From contig CAXTWQ010000002.1 of NCBI GenBank assembly GCA_964248065.1, forward strand, positions 52,281 through 116,280: 64,000 bases of DNA, written 5' to 3'. The stretch is from an uncultured Bryobacteraceae bacterium. Lineage in GTDB: Bacteria; Acidobacteriota; Terriglobia; Bryobacterales; Bryobacteraceae. This document shows, in pieces, positions 10,111-19,070 of the stretch. The notes under the pieces are model-generated. The model was not told the origin of the DNA and did not search any database. It saw only the letters and a program-made list of their open reading frames with translations. Position numbers and translations under genes: made by a program. Position 1 is the stretch's first letter. Each line of letters begins with the position of its first letter.

Positions 10111-11088
10111 CTACCTAGGACTCAAGGTTTGCGCAAACTTCCAGGCATCCGAAATAATTCGGTCCAGATCTGCTCGTTCCGGCTTCCAGCCAAGCTTGGT
10201 CTGAAGTTTGGTCGAATCAGCAACCAGTGATGGCGGGTCGCCTTCGCGCCTGGGGCCCATGGTGAATGGCACAGGCCTACCGGTTATGCGCTCTACCGCT
10301 TGCAACACTTCTTTCACAGAAGCGCCCGCGCCTGTACCGACGTTGAAATAATCAGACGAGCCACGGTTTAATAGATACTCGACCGCATGAATATGCGCCT
10401 CGGCCAGATCACTGACGTGGATGTAGTCACGAATGCATGTGCCGTCCGGCGTCGGATAATCGTTGCCGAACAGAGTAACCGGCTTTCCGGTCATCACTGC
10501 CGCCAGGAGCAGCGGAATTAAGTGAGTTTCCGGATCGTGCCGCTCACCCAAACCAGCTTCCGGCTCAGCACCGCAGGCGTTGAAGTAGCGCAGGCGAACG
10601 CTGCGGAAATCCTGATACTTGTCCATCCACCCGAGAATTTTCTCTACCATCACCTTTGACTCGCCATACGGATTGATGGGCGCAAAGGGTTGGTCCTCGC
10701 GGATTGGCACGTGATCAGGCACTCCGTAAGCGGCTGCCGTAGATGAAAACACCAATTTGCGGACATCGGCATGCAGCATCGCCTCGAACAGGGAAAGCGA
10801 TCCGCTGACATTGTTCACGAAGTACTTCTCAGGATCTTTCGTCGACTCACCCACTGAGATGTACCCAGCAAAGTGAATCACCGCGTCCACCTTCTCGGCT
10901 TTCAGCAGCATCGCAATGGTTTCGGTATTGCGCAGATCCAGCACGTGAAGAATTTCATTCGGCACAGCTTCGCGGTAGCCGCGCTCCAAACTATCTAATA
11001 CGACAACGCGGTACCCCCGTTGTTGCAAAAAGTAGCGCGTGTGGGAGCCGATGTAACCCGCTCCCCCAGTAACAAGTATGGTCGGCAA
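10111..11088 (-). CDS. galE: UDP-glucose 4-epimerase
   Basis: 325 aa. GGAGYIGSH Rossmann motif and YGESK catalytic YxxxK. Confidence 0.9.
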   Translation of the reverse strand: MPTILVTGGAGYIGSHTRYFLQQRGYRVVVLDSLERGYREAVPNEILHVLDLRNTETIAMLLKAEKVDAVIHFAGYISVGESTKDPEKYFVNNVSGSLSLFEAMLHADVRKLVFSSTAAAYGVPDHVPIREDQPFAPINPYGESKVMVEKILGWMDKYQDFRSVRLRYFNACGAEPEAGLGERHDPETHLIPLLLAAVMTGKPVTLFGNDYPTPDGTCIRDYIHVSDLAEAHIHAVEYLLNRGSSDYFNVGTGAGASVKEVLQAVERITGRPVPFTMGPRREGDPPSLVADSTKLQTKLGWKPERADLDRIISDAWKFAQTLSPR

Positions 11089-11206
11089 GCACCTTCAAGT
11101 TTACCTGCTGGGATGCTGAGAAACATCGCGGTGCTTTGCCGGGTCTTCCGTTATCGCAGTCTCCATACGGGGTGCATGAGCGGGAAGGTCGATAGACTAG
11201 GGATTT

Positions 11207-11476
11207 ATGCCTCCTGCAGCGCGTTTAACTGACTTGCATGTGTGTCCGGCCTCGGGTGGCCCGATCATTCCGCCGTGTGAACCGACAGTTCTGATTGGAG
11301 GCTTGCCGGCAGCGCGGCTGGGCGATTTTGCGGTAGATGCGGAAACTCCGGATGTAATCGTGCAAGGTTCCATGTCGGTCTTAATCGGAGGACGCCCGGC
11401 GGCTCGGATTGGGGATAAAACAGCCGCAGGCGGCGAAATCGTAACAGGCTGCCTGACTGTGCTGATCGGCGGTTAG
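11207..11476 (+). CDS. Minimal PAAR-domain protein (contractile-injection spike tip type)
   Basis: 89 aa with three PAAR units: PAARLTDLHVCP, PAARLGDFAVD and PAARIGDKTAAGG. Confidence 0.85.
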   Translation: MPPAARLTDLHVCPASGGPIIPPCEPTVLIGGLPAARLGDFAVDAETPDVIVQGSMSVLIGGRPAARIGDKTAAGGEIVTGCLTVLIGG

Positions 11477-11504
11477 TGAAGGTAAGCAGCCAAATTTTTC
11501 AGCT

Positions 11505-11822
11505 CTACGATTCGAGTGCTGCGGCTACTTCTTCGAACGTGTTCGGCTGGGCTGTTGCAACAGAGTTGGAGAGCATCATCCAATGCGCTCTCGAAGCTGT
11601 CTTTACAGGGGACTCTACGTCCAGGGTATGGAACAGGGCATAGGGGCTGTCCTCTTTGACGGGCTTGGCACAGACGAACAGCGGACCCTTTGTGCCGCTC
11701 CTCATTGATCTGCTCGCCCCGATGGTGAACATGATTAAGACCGAAGCGCCTCCTCCGGCGTGGGAACGGGGCCCGGCATCCAAACACCGCCGGTCTTCGC
11801 GCCATTGTGATGGCCGTCCCAC
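11505..11822 (-). CDS. Possible small hypothetical protein; start uncertain, could be the internal MFTIGAS...
   Basis: Codon third positions in the C-terminal two thirds look G/C-biased, as in real genes here. No motif recognised. A competing overlapping ORF exists at 11473..11856. Confidence 0.25.
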   Translation of the reverse strand: MGRPSQWREDRRCLDAGPRSHAGGGASVLIMFTIGASRSMRSGTKGPLFVCAKPVKEDSPYALFHTLDVESPVKTASRAHWMMLSNSVATAQPNTFEEVAAALES

Positions 11823-12115
11823 TGGGGAGTAGCAGAACCGTTCTGACCATCATCAAAGCGTTGCTTCAGCCTTTAGTGTCGGATCTCGTATTTGGTGAAC
11901 AGCGTTGATCAACTCAGTATTTGTCCGCAAGATTGCTGCATTGGTCATTCTGCTCAGGCGAACAAGTGCCAGCGCAACCTTCCGCGCGAACCTCTCATTG
12001 TAAAAGCTTTGTCCAGGCAATTGGCAGGTAAGACAGGCGGAACTACAATGCGACGGCGAACATCCCTCAACGCAGATCATGCCTCCAAGTTTCATTGCTG
12101 AGATGCTGAGAAGAT

Positions 12116-12811
12116 ATGGCGTTACTGGAAGTGCAAGCTGTGAGCAAACGCTATCAGGCAGAGGGCACACCGGTGTTGGCGCTAGACAACGTTACGCTCA
12201 GTGTGGAAAGCGGCCAGTTTGTGGCGTTGGTCGGGCGCAGCGGTTGCGGCAAATCGACTCTGCTGAATCTCTGTGGCGCGATGGACTTTCCAACCTCGGG
12301 CAAGGTGCTGCTCGATAATCAGGACACGAAGACTCTTAGCGATAGCGGCCTGACCCGGCTGCGCCGCGAGAAGGTCGGCTTCATATTCCAATCGTTTCAA
12401 TTGCTGCACACACTCACTGCGGTTGAAAATGTCGAACTGCCGCTACTACTTGCCCGGAAACCAGACGCACGAAAGACGGCCCTCGATCGGCTACAACTGG
12501 TCGAACTACAAGATCTGGCGCAACGTTTCCCACATCAATTATCAGGGGGCCAGCAACAACGCGTGGCCATTGCGCGTGCGTTGGCTGGTTCACCCAAAAT
12601 GTTGTTGGCCGATGAGCCCACAGGGAATCTCGATACCACCACCGGGGAGCTTGTGCTTTCCTTGCTAAGCCGCACTGCGCGCGAATTGAATGTTGCCATT
12701 CTGATGGCCACGCACAGCGTCGAGAGTACTCCGGTTGTCGATCAAGTTGTTAAGCTGCGCGATGGACGTATCGCCGCCATCGAGACTCCGACGGCCGCGG
12801 AGATGCATTGA
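12116..12811 (+). CDS. ABC transporter ATP-binding protein (MacB/LolD type)
   Basis: Walker A GRSGCGKST, signature LSGGQQQRVAIARAL, Walker B LLADEPTGNLD. Confidence 0.9.
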   Translation: MALLEVQAVSKRYQAEGTPVLALDNVTLSVESGQFVALVGRSGCGKSTLLNLCGAMDFPTSGKVLLDNQDTKTLSDSGLTRLRREKVGFIFQSFQLLHTLTAVENVELPLLLARKPDARKTALDRLQLVELQDLAQRFPHQLSGGQQQRVAIARALAGSPKMLLADEPTGNLDTTTGELVLSLLSRTARELNVAILMATHSVESTPVVDQVVKLRDGRIAAIETPTAAEMH

Positions 12812-15327
12812 TCCTATTTGCCCGGCTCATTCTGCGGCCCGTTCTGCGCGAGCCGGTTCGGGCAGTTCTCATAGTGCTGGCAATCGCGTTGGGCGTAGGC
12901 GTGGTAGTTGCGGTCGATCTCGCCGGGCAGGCAGCCGCGGGCAGCTTCCATTCTTCAGTCGAGTCGCTCACGGGCAAGAGTGACCTGACCATTTCGGCCA
13001 CCGGCGGCGTTGACGAGCGCCTTCTCGGACGTCTTGTGCAGCTTCCCTATGCCTTTCAGTTCACACCCCGCATTGAGGGTTTCGCAGCCATCAATGGCAA
13101 AGGCGAGGCGGTGCCGTTCATCGGGGTCGACCTGATTGCCCAGCGTCAGAACACCCCAGATGACAATGCTGATATTGACGACCCGGGCCAGGCACTAACG
13201 GGCGACCCGATTTGGGTCGGGAAGCAAACTCATCTACAGAAAGGGCAGCGTGTGCAGCTACTGGTAAACGATGCCTTACACGCTTTCACCGTGGCCGGCA
13301 TCATTCCATCGAATGGCGATTTGGGTGCCAACAACGTGATTGTTTCAGACATTGGGCTGGCGCAGCAAGTGATGGGCAAAGCGGGCAGGGTGGACACGAT
13401 CAGCGTCGTTGTGCCGCCCGGAAAGCCGACCGATTACTGGATGAGCCTGCTTCGGCATCAACTGCCCGCAACCGTGTCAGTGGAGCCGCAGGGTGCACGC
13501 ACTGAGTCCAACCGCAAAATGCTATCGGCCTTTCGTTGGAACCTGCATGTGCTCAGCTACATTGCGCTGGTGGTCGGTGCTTTTCTGATCTACAACACGA
13601 TTTCGATTTCAGTTGTGCGGCGCAGAACCGAGATCGGCATCGTCCGTGCCTTAGGTGGCACACGACGTCTGATTGCTTTTGGATTCCTGTTTGAAGCATT
13701 GTTTTTTGCCGTTGTTGGTACTGCGGCAGGGCTCGCCTTGGGCAGATTGATGGCAGTGGGCGCGGTCCGGTTGATCGGTACTACGGTGCAGGCGCTCTAT
13801 GTCAGCAGCGTTCCGGCGCCCATCCAGTTAACGATTTCAGCAACCATTACGGGAGTCGCGCTGGGGCTTGGCATTTCTCTGCTGGCCGCAATCGCGCCGG
13901 CACTGGAGGCGTCGCTCGTGTCGCCGGTAGAAGCAATGGCACGTGGCCGCGAACAGTATGTGGCAGCCGTTCGGTCGCGACGCACTGTGGTCTGGGCGGT
14001 AGCGCTACTGCTCGCCGGAGCCACCACGTCCACCTTCGGGCCGGTCTATGGTAAGCCGCTGTGGGCCTATCTCGCGGTGGTGCTTTTGATTGCCGGTACG
14101 TCGCTGGTTATCCCAAACGTGGTTGCCTGGTTTGCTGCTTACGGGTATCCGCTGCTACAGCGCGCTCTGGGCGTGGAAGGCCTGCTGGCAATGCGCTCGC
14201 TACGTGCTTCCATTGCGCGAACGTCTGTGCTGACCGCTGCTCTTGCGACAGCAGTCGCAATGACAGCCAGCGTTGGCATCATGGTGGGCAGCTTTCGCGA
14301 GACCGTCTCGCTTTGGATGAACAATCAATTGCGCGCCGACTTTTATCTGCGGCCGGCAGGTTTCGCCGGCGCCGATCAGTATCCGACTATGGACGCCAGT
14401 ATCGCCGACCGCCTGGCGCGGATCCCGGGCGTAGCGGCCATCGACCGCTTTCGCGGTTACCCAATTTTTTACGAAGGAGTGCCGGCAATATTGGCCGGTA
14501 GCGAAACAGCCCGCATCCCCGGGTCGGCCAGCACGCGTTTTCTTCCTGGCGAGGATCGCGAGCAGATATCGGCGAAGCTGTCGGCTGGCGATTACGCTGT
14601 GGTCAGTGAGCCCTTTGCCAACAAGCACAATGTGAAGGTCGGGTCGTCGCTGGCTATTCCAGTGGGCGGCGCAACACGTCATCTCAAAGTTCTAGGCATC
14701 TACTACGATTACTCCACAGAGCGCGGTTTCATCACTGTTGATCGCCAGACGCTTCTGCGCTATCTGCCCGACCCGGCTATCTCAAACCTGGCCGTGTATC
14801 TCAAGCCTGATGCTAATGCCGATCAGGTTCGTGCGAGCATCGACTCCGTTATCAGTGGCCGTGCGGTGCTCCTGTTCTCGAACGGCAGCCTTCGTCGCGC
14901 AGCCATTGCAGTATTTGATCGCACTTTTCGCATCACCTACGCATTGGAGGCTGTCGCGGTATTCGTTGCCGTTATGGGCATTGCCGGATCACTGCTCGCC
15001 ATGGTCATCGACCGCCGCCGTGAGTTCGCCCTTCTACGATTCTTAGGTGCCGATCGCCCTCAAGTTCGCAAGGTCATCCTGTGCGAAGCCGGACTGCTCG
15101 GCCTGCTGGCAAACGGCATTGGCTTGGTGCTTGGAACAGCGCTGTCGATCATCCTGATCTTCGTCATCAACAAGCAATCGTTTGGCTGGACCATTCAATT
15201 TCACTGGCCGATTGCGCTACTTCTTCTTGCATTGACCGGTATCTATATGGCAACGGTACTGGCTGGCTTATATCCGGCCCGAACCGCAATTCGACTGAAT
15301 CCGATCGAGGTGATTCATGAAGGTTAG
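12808..15327 (+). CDS. ABC transporter permease with duplicated FtsX/MacB-type domains
   Basis: 839 aa. TTG start overlapping the ATPase gene stop. Two blocks of four-TM FtsX-like segments, each preceded by a large extracytoplasmic domain. Confidence 0.85.
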   Translation: MILFARLILRPVLREPVRAVLIVLAIALGVGVVVAVDLAGQAAAGSFHSSVESLTGKSDLTISATGGVDERLLGRLVQLPYAFQFTPRIEGFAAINGKGEAVPFIGVDLIAQRQNTPDDNADIDDPGQALTGDPIWVGKQTHLQKGQRVQLLVNDALHAFTVAGIIPSNGDLGANNVIVSDIGLAQQVMGKAGRVDTISVVVPPGKPTDYWMSLLRHQLPATVSVEPQGARTESNRKMLSAFRWNLHVLSYIALVVGAFLIYNTISISVVRRRTEIGIVRALGGTRRLIAFGFLFEALFFAVVGTAAGLALGRLMAVGAVRLIGTTVQALYVSSVPAPIQLTISATITGVALGLGISLLAAIAPALEASLVSPVEAMARGREQYVAAVRSRRTVVWAVALLLAGATTSTFGPVYGKPLWAYLAVVLLIAGTSLVIPNVVAWFAAYGYPLLQRALGVEGLLAMRSLRASIARTSVLTAALATAVAMTASVGIMVGSFRETVSLWMNNQLRADFYLRPAGFAGADQYPTMDASIADRLARIPGVAAIDRFRGYPIFYEGVPAILAGSETARIPGSASTRFLPGEDREQISAKLSAGDYAVVSEPFANKHNVKVGSSLAIPVGGATRHLKVLGIYYDYSTERGFITVDRQTLLRYLPDPAISNLAVYLKPDANADQVRASIDSVISGRAVLLFSNGSLRRAAIAVFDRTFRITYALEAVAVFVAVMGIAGSLLAMVIDRRREFALLRFLGADRPQVRKVILCEAGLLGLLANGIGLVLGTALSIILIFVINKQSFGWTIQFHWPIALLLLALTGIYMATVLAGLYPARTAIRLNPIEVIHEG

Positions 15328-16444
15328 ATGGCTGCGAAGTCTCGGTCTGGGAGTCGTTACATCAGCCGCCCTGATTGCATTGTCCTGGCAACCGGCGACC
15401 AGCGGCTACCAATTTCAGTATCCGCGCGACTACTTCGATCATCCGAAATTTCAAACCGAGTGGTGGTACTACACCGGCAACTTGCGTGCCAAGGACGGAC
15501 ATCGGTTCGGCTTTGAGCTGACCTTCTTTCGACAAGCCGGCGCATTGCCTGAGAGCTTCTTGACCACTGCAACCTGGCGCCCCGACGAATACTATCTTGC
15601 TCACCTTGCACTGAGGGATATCGATGGCAACCAGTTCTTCCATACTGAGCGCCTGAATCGGGCGGGTCCTGGGCGGGCCGGGGCGAGCCAGCACGACAGC
15701 CGCTACTGGAACGGCAACTGGGAGGTGCGCTGGCTTCAGCCTCTGGATGGCCACCAGAAACTACAGGCCGTTGCCGAGCAGCTTTATTTGACCCTTGACC
15801 TTTCCCCGGAAAAGCCGGTTGTCGTCAACGGGCAAAATGGCATCAGCCGTAAAGGCCCCAAGCCCGGCGAAGCTTCGCACTATCTGTCCTTTACGCGTCT
15901 CAAGGCGAGCGGTCCTTTGCAGTGGAAAGGGACTCAGTATCAATTGACAGGCACGGCCTGGATGGACCACGAATTCTTCTCCGAGCCCCCAGACAACGAT
16001 CTGATTGGGTGGGACTGGTTTGCCATTCAGTTGAACAATAACCAGGAAATGATGTTATATCGGCTGCGCAGGCGCGGGGAGTCGGCCGAGCAGCAGAACC
16101 GATTTTCTTCTGGAACCTTCGTTGATGCAAACGGGACAGCGCACTTCCTGGACAGTTCGCAATTTGTCCTCACGCCGCAAGAACAATGGCGCAGTCCCGA
16201 ATCAGGCAAGCAGTATCCAGTAGGCTGGCACCTTCTCGTGCCCAGCTTGCAACTCGATCTAAGCGAGCGAACGGCTTTGAAGAATCAGGAGCTTTTCAGC
16301 CACGACCGGATTGCGCCCAACTATTGGGAAGGTGCCGTTTCGTATGCGGGAACGATGCACAACCAGCCTGTGAACGGCGTCGGGTATTTGGAAATGACAG
16401 GTTACGACGGAGCCATGCACCTTGGCAATGGTCCGGTGAAATAG
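15317..16444 (+). CDS. AttH / CrtC-like lipocalin-fold protein (hydroxyneurosporene synthase family), secreted
   Basis: Overlaps the end of the permease gene. Signal peptide, then YQFQYPRDYFDHPKFQTEWWYYTGNLRAKDGHRFGFELTFFR, typical of AttH/CrtC. Confidence 0.75.
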   Translation: MKVRWLRSLGLGVVTSAALIALSWQPATSGYQFQYPRDYFDHPKFQTEWWYYTGNLRAKDGHRFGFELTFFRQAGALPESFLTTATWRPDEYYLAHLALRDIDGNQFFHTERLNRAGPGRAGASQHDSRYWNGNWEVRWLQPLDGHQKLQAVAEQLYLTLDLSPEKPVVVNGQNGISRKGPKPGEASHYLSFTRLKASGPLQWKGTQYQLTGTAWMDHEFFSEPPDNDLIGWDWFAIQLNNNQEMMLYRLRRRGESAEQQNRFSSGTFVDANGTAHFLDSSQFVLTPQEQWRSPESGKQYPVGWHLLVPSLQLDLSERTALKNQELFSHDRIAPNYWEGAVSYAGTMHNQPVNGVGYLEMTGYDGAMHLGNGPVK

Positions 16445-16448
16445 CGAG

Positions 16449-17873
16449 TTATCTGACGCCTGCAGATAGCTGCGCTGGCTTCGACGGTCCGGCATCAATG
16501 TATTCCACCCAGCCGTCCATCATCTCCGCCGTGCTTGGTTCACCCCACCGCACCGTCTTGGTCGGGTCGGGATTCCACTTGTTGTTGACCGAGTTGTCGA
16601 AGTGCGCGGTGACGATCAGCCGCGCTCCTTTCTCGACGGGCAATGGATCCTGCAAGCGGTAGATCTGCTGCCACGCAAAGCTGTAATGGGGAACAAACAG
16701 GAGCGTCTCGCGCCGGCCATCCTGGTGCTGCAACTCAAAGCGCATGTCCTTGCCACGAAAGTGCATGTGCGCCACGTAGCTCATCAGCTTCACGTCCTTC
16801 TTGAAAGTTGTGCAATTGGAGACTTCTTGATTCGGCTCACCGGGAGCTAGCGAAAACAAGTAAGCAGAGGAGTCTACGCGCCGCAGCGCATGCTCTGGAG
16901 GACGATCCGCAAAAACGAACCCAACCTGTGTTCTGTCCGTCTGTGGAGTGCCAAGAGTGTTGTTGTAGTGCAGCTGAAACTTGAGCTTCGAGCCAGCCTT
17001 GATCAGTTTGGCCGTCCCTTCCGGGTAAGCATCGGGAGCTTTGCCCGGCAGGTATGAGCCGAGCGGACCGGTGCCGTCGTTCAGCTTGCGTCCAGGAAGA
17101 TCGCCGCCGTCCTCAACCAGGCAGCCATTCTGTACGACTGGCGCATCGGCCCTGACGTGCTCCAAACCGAACTCATCCTTAAACTGGTAAACCGGAATGG
17201 GATTACCTTTTGCATCCACACGCCGCTTGTGATCCGAGTCCGAAGTGTCAATCCACACGTGCGCGTGGTGAACAACGCGGCGGTTACCGGGCCGGAGTTC
17301 GACGGCTTTCACCCACACATCTTTGGTAAAGTGCGGGTCAACCCTGAAGTAAATGTACTCATCCTGAACGGAGCGTTGCTGAATCGGATAATCCTGCCCG
17401 ATGTCTACCACTGCATCCGGCTTGCCGATCTTCCAGTCATCGTTGTACGTCGGCTGAGCAGGTAAGTCAGCCGGGTTGCCTTCCTTAGCCCCACTTTTCG
17501 CCCAGTTGCTAATGGTGTTGATCTCCGCCTCAGTTAAGCGCGGATCGTTTGAGAACTTACCATAGTGCGGATCGGCATACCAGGGCGGCATAACGCGCTG
17601 CACTACTGCCTGCCGGATCGCACTGGCCCAAGGCCGCGCTGCTTTGTAGGTAAGCAGAGACATCGGCGCAATATCGTTTGGCCGATGACAGCCCGTACAG
17701 TTGCGGTACAGAATAGGCGCGACATCTTTCGAGTAAGTCACCGGCGCCTCAGTTGGAGCTGTGTCGGCCGCGAGGACCACGATCGCAAACAGTGGCAGAA
17801 CGCTGAGGAAACGGCTTGAAGTGCGCATCATAGCGGGTACAGCTGTCATATCACGGATGCGATCTGCCGGCAA
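16449..17873 (-). CDS. Secreted cytochrome c domain fused to a PHM/DBH-like copper type II monooxygenase-like domain
   Basis: CTGCH heme c motif in YSKDVAPILYRNCTGCHRPNDIAPMSL. Downstream His clusters VVHHAHVW and AHMHFRGKDM plus STAEMMDGW resemble CuH/CuM ligand sets. The TTG start at 17873 is preceded by GAAGGGGA; alternative Met starts lie 14-15 codons in. Confidence 0.7.
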   Translation of the reverse strand: MPADRIRDMTAVPAMMRTSSRFLSVLPLFAIVVLAADTAPTEAPVTYSKDVAPILYRNCTGCHRPNDIAPMSLLTYKAARPWASAIRQAVVQRVMPPWYADPHYGKFSNDPRLTEAEINTISNWAKSGAKEGNPADLPAQPTYNDDWKIGKPDAVVDIGQDYPIQQRSVQDEYIYFRVDPHFTKDVWVKAVELRPGNRRVVHHAHVWIDTSDSDHKRRVDAKGNPIPVYQFKDEFGLEHVRADAPVVQNGCLVEDGGDLPGRKLNDGTGPLGSYLPGKAPDAYPEGTAKLIKAGSKLKFQLHYNNTLGTPQTDRTQVGFVFADRPPEHALRRVDSSAYLFSLAPGEPNQEVSNCTTFKKDVKLMSYVAHMHFRGKDMRFELQHQDGRRETLLFVPHYSFAWQQIYRLQDPLPVEKGARLIVTAHFDNSVNNKWNPDPTKTVRWGEPSTAEMMDGWVEYIDAGPSKPAQLSAGVR

Positions 17874-18037
17874 GCTGTCCCCTTCAATTCTCCCTTAAGC
17901 CCCAGTTTGCAATATGAGTCCTGCAGCAGCTGAAAGACTCACTCTTATCCTGGCGCAACCTGCGTAATGCATTACGCCATCTTCTTACTCTTTGAAGCAT
18001 TTTGACATGTAGGTCCACGTTGTTGAACTCAACCAAC

Positions 18038-19037
18038 ATGGACGAAATTACGCAGAGCGTAAGAGACATGTACGCGCAATTTTCATATCCCTCGCCGCAG
18101 GGTTGCCGCCAGAAATATTTTGAACTTCTCAACTTGCTGAGTTTTTCTCGCTCGAAACCTCTTACACCCTAGAGGGAAAAACAATTCTAGACGCCGGAAC
18201 GGAACGGGATCTAGATTGATCGAAGCTGCTGCAGCACTCCGAAAGACTCAGTTTGTAGCCGTAGATGTTAGTGATGTGGCTCTCAACATCGCAAAGCAAG
18301 GGGCTGCGGAACGCGGATTAACGAACATCGAATTCAGACTTCTCGACCTCACGGATGACAATATCGGTTCCGAGCGTTTTGACGTAATTCTCAGCATGGG
18401 TGTTGTTCATCACCTGTCCGATCCTCAAGGCGGCCTACGTAATTTAGCCGCTCAGCTTTATCCAGACGGCATCATGTTCCTTTATCTGTATGGCCAAAAC
18501 GGAGGCCAAGAGCGGATGCGGAGAAAACAGATCGTGTCTCTCCTACTAGGAAATGATCGCAGAAACTTCGAGCAAGGAATCGCTCTTATCAAAGGACTTG
18601 GCTTCGACACATTTGAGTACGGATGGATGCAAAACGTCGAGGACGAAGCCACCCGGGACGCAATGATCGTAGATGCCTACCTTCATGTAAACGAGAAGCT
18701 CTTTGATACAGCCGGTCTGATTAACTTTCTTGGCGGATCGGGACTGGATAGCTTTCTCGTCTATGGCGTGACCTGCGGCAGCACAGGAGGACTTTTCGAG
18801 AGCCGGCTCAATCCGCCGGCTTCCAAACTACCGGTCACTCCTATTGCGCAGCACTTCACCAGCGGCGCTGTGCGAGAAGCCTACGAAGCCCTCTCACTTC
18901 CTGACAAGTACCGGCTTCTTGACTTGATCCTGAAGCCAAATGGATACACCGTCATGGGTCTCCAAAAGCAGTCGCTTAGAAACTTACATCCTGAGAGCCG
19001 CATTCGGGCGAATGCGTTGCCTCTCGAAGCAGCGTGA
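18038..19037 (+). pseudogene. Class I SAM-dependent methyltransferase, reading frame broken twice in the N-terminal/motif I region
   Basis: Frame A (ATG 18038): MDEITQSVRDMYAQFSYPSPQ...SFSRSKPLTP, stopping at 18170-18172. Frame B: ...EFFSLETSYTLEGKTILDAGTERDLD, then a stop. Frame C: NGTGSRLIEAAAALRKTQFVAVDVSDVALNIA..., continuing to 19037. Joined, they give the motif I context LEGKTILDAG-GTGS. Confidence 0.65.
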
Positions 19038-19070
19038 GGCGTTGACCAAGAATGCAAGCGAATATTCACG

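Noticed and set aside
11853-12170. 105-aa minus-strand ORF overlapping the ABC ATPase start
   Set aside because: It is Cys/Ser/Pro-rich in its first half and overlaps the well-supported ABC gene. Only the last 30-40 codons look protein-like, which is insufficient to call a gene.
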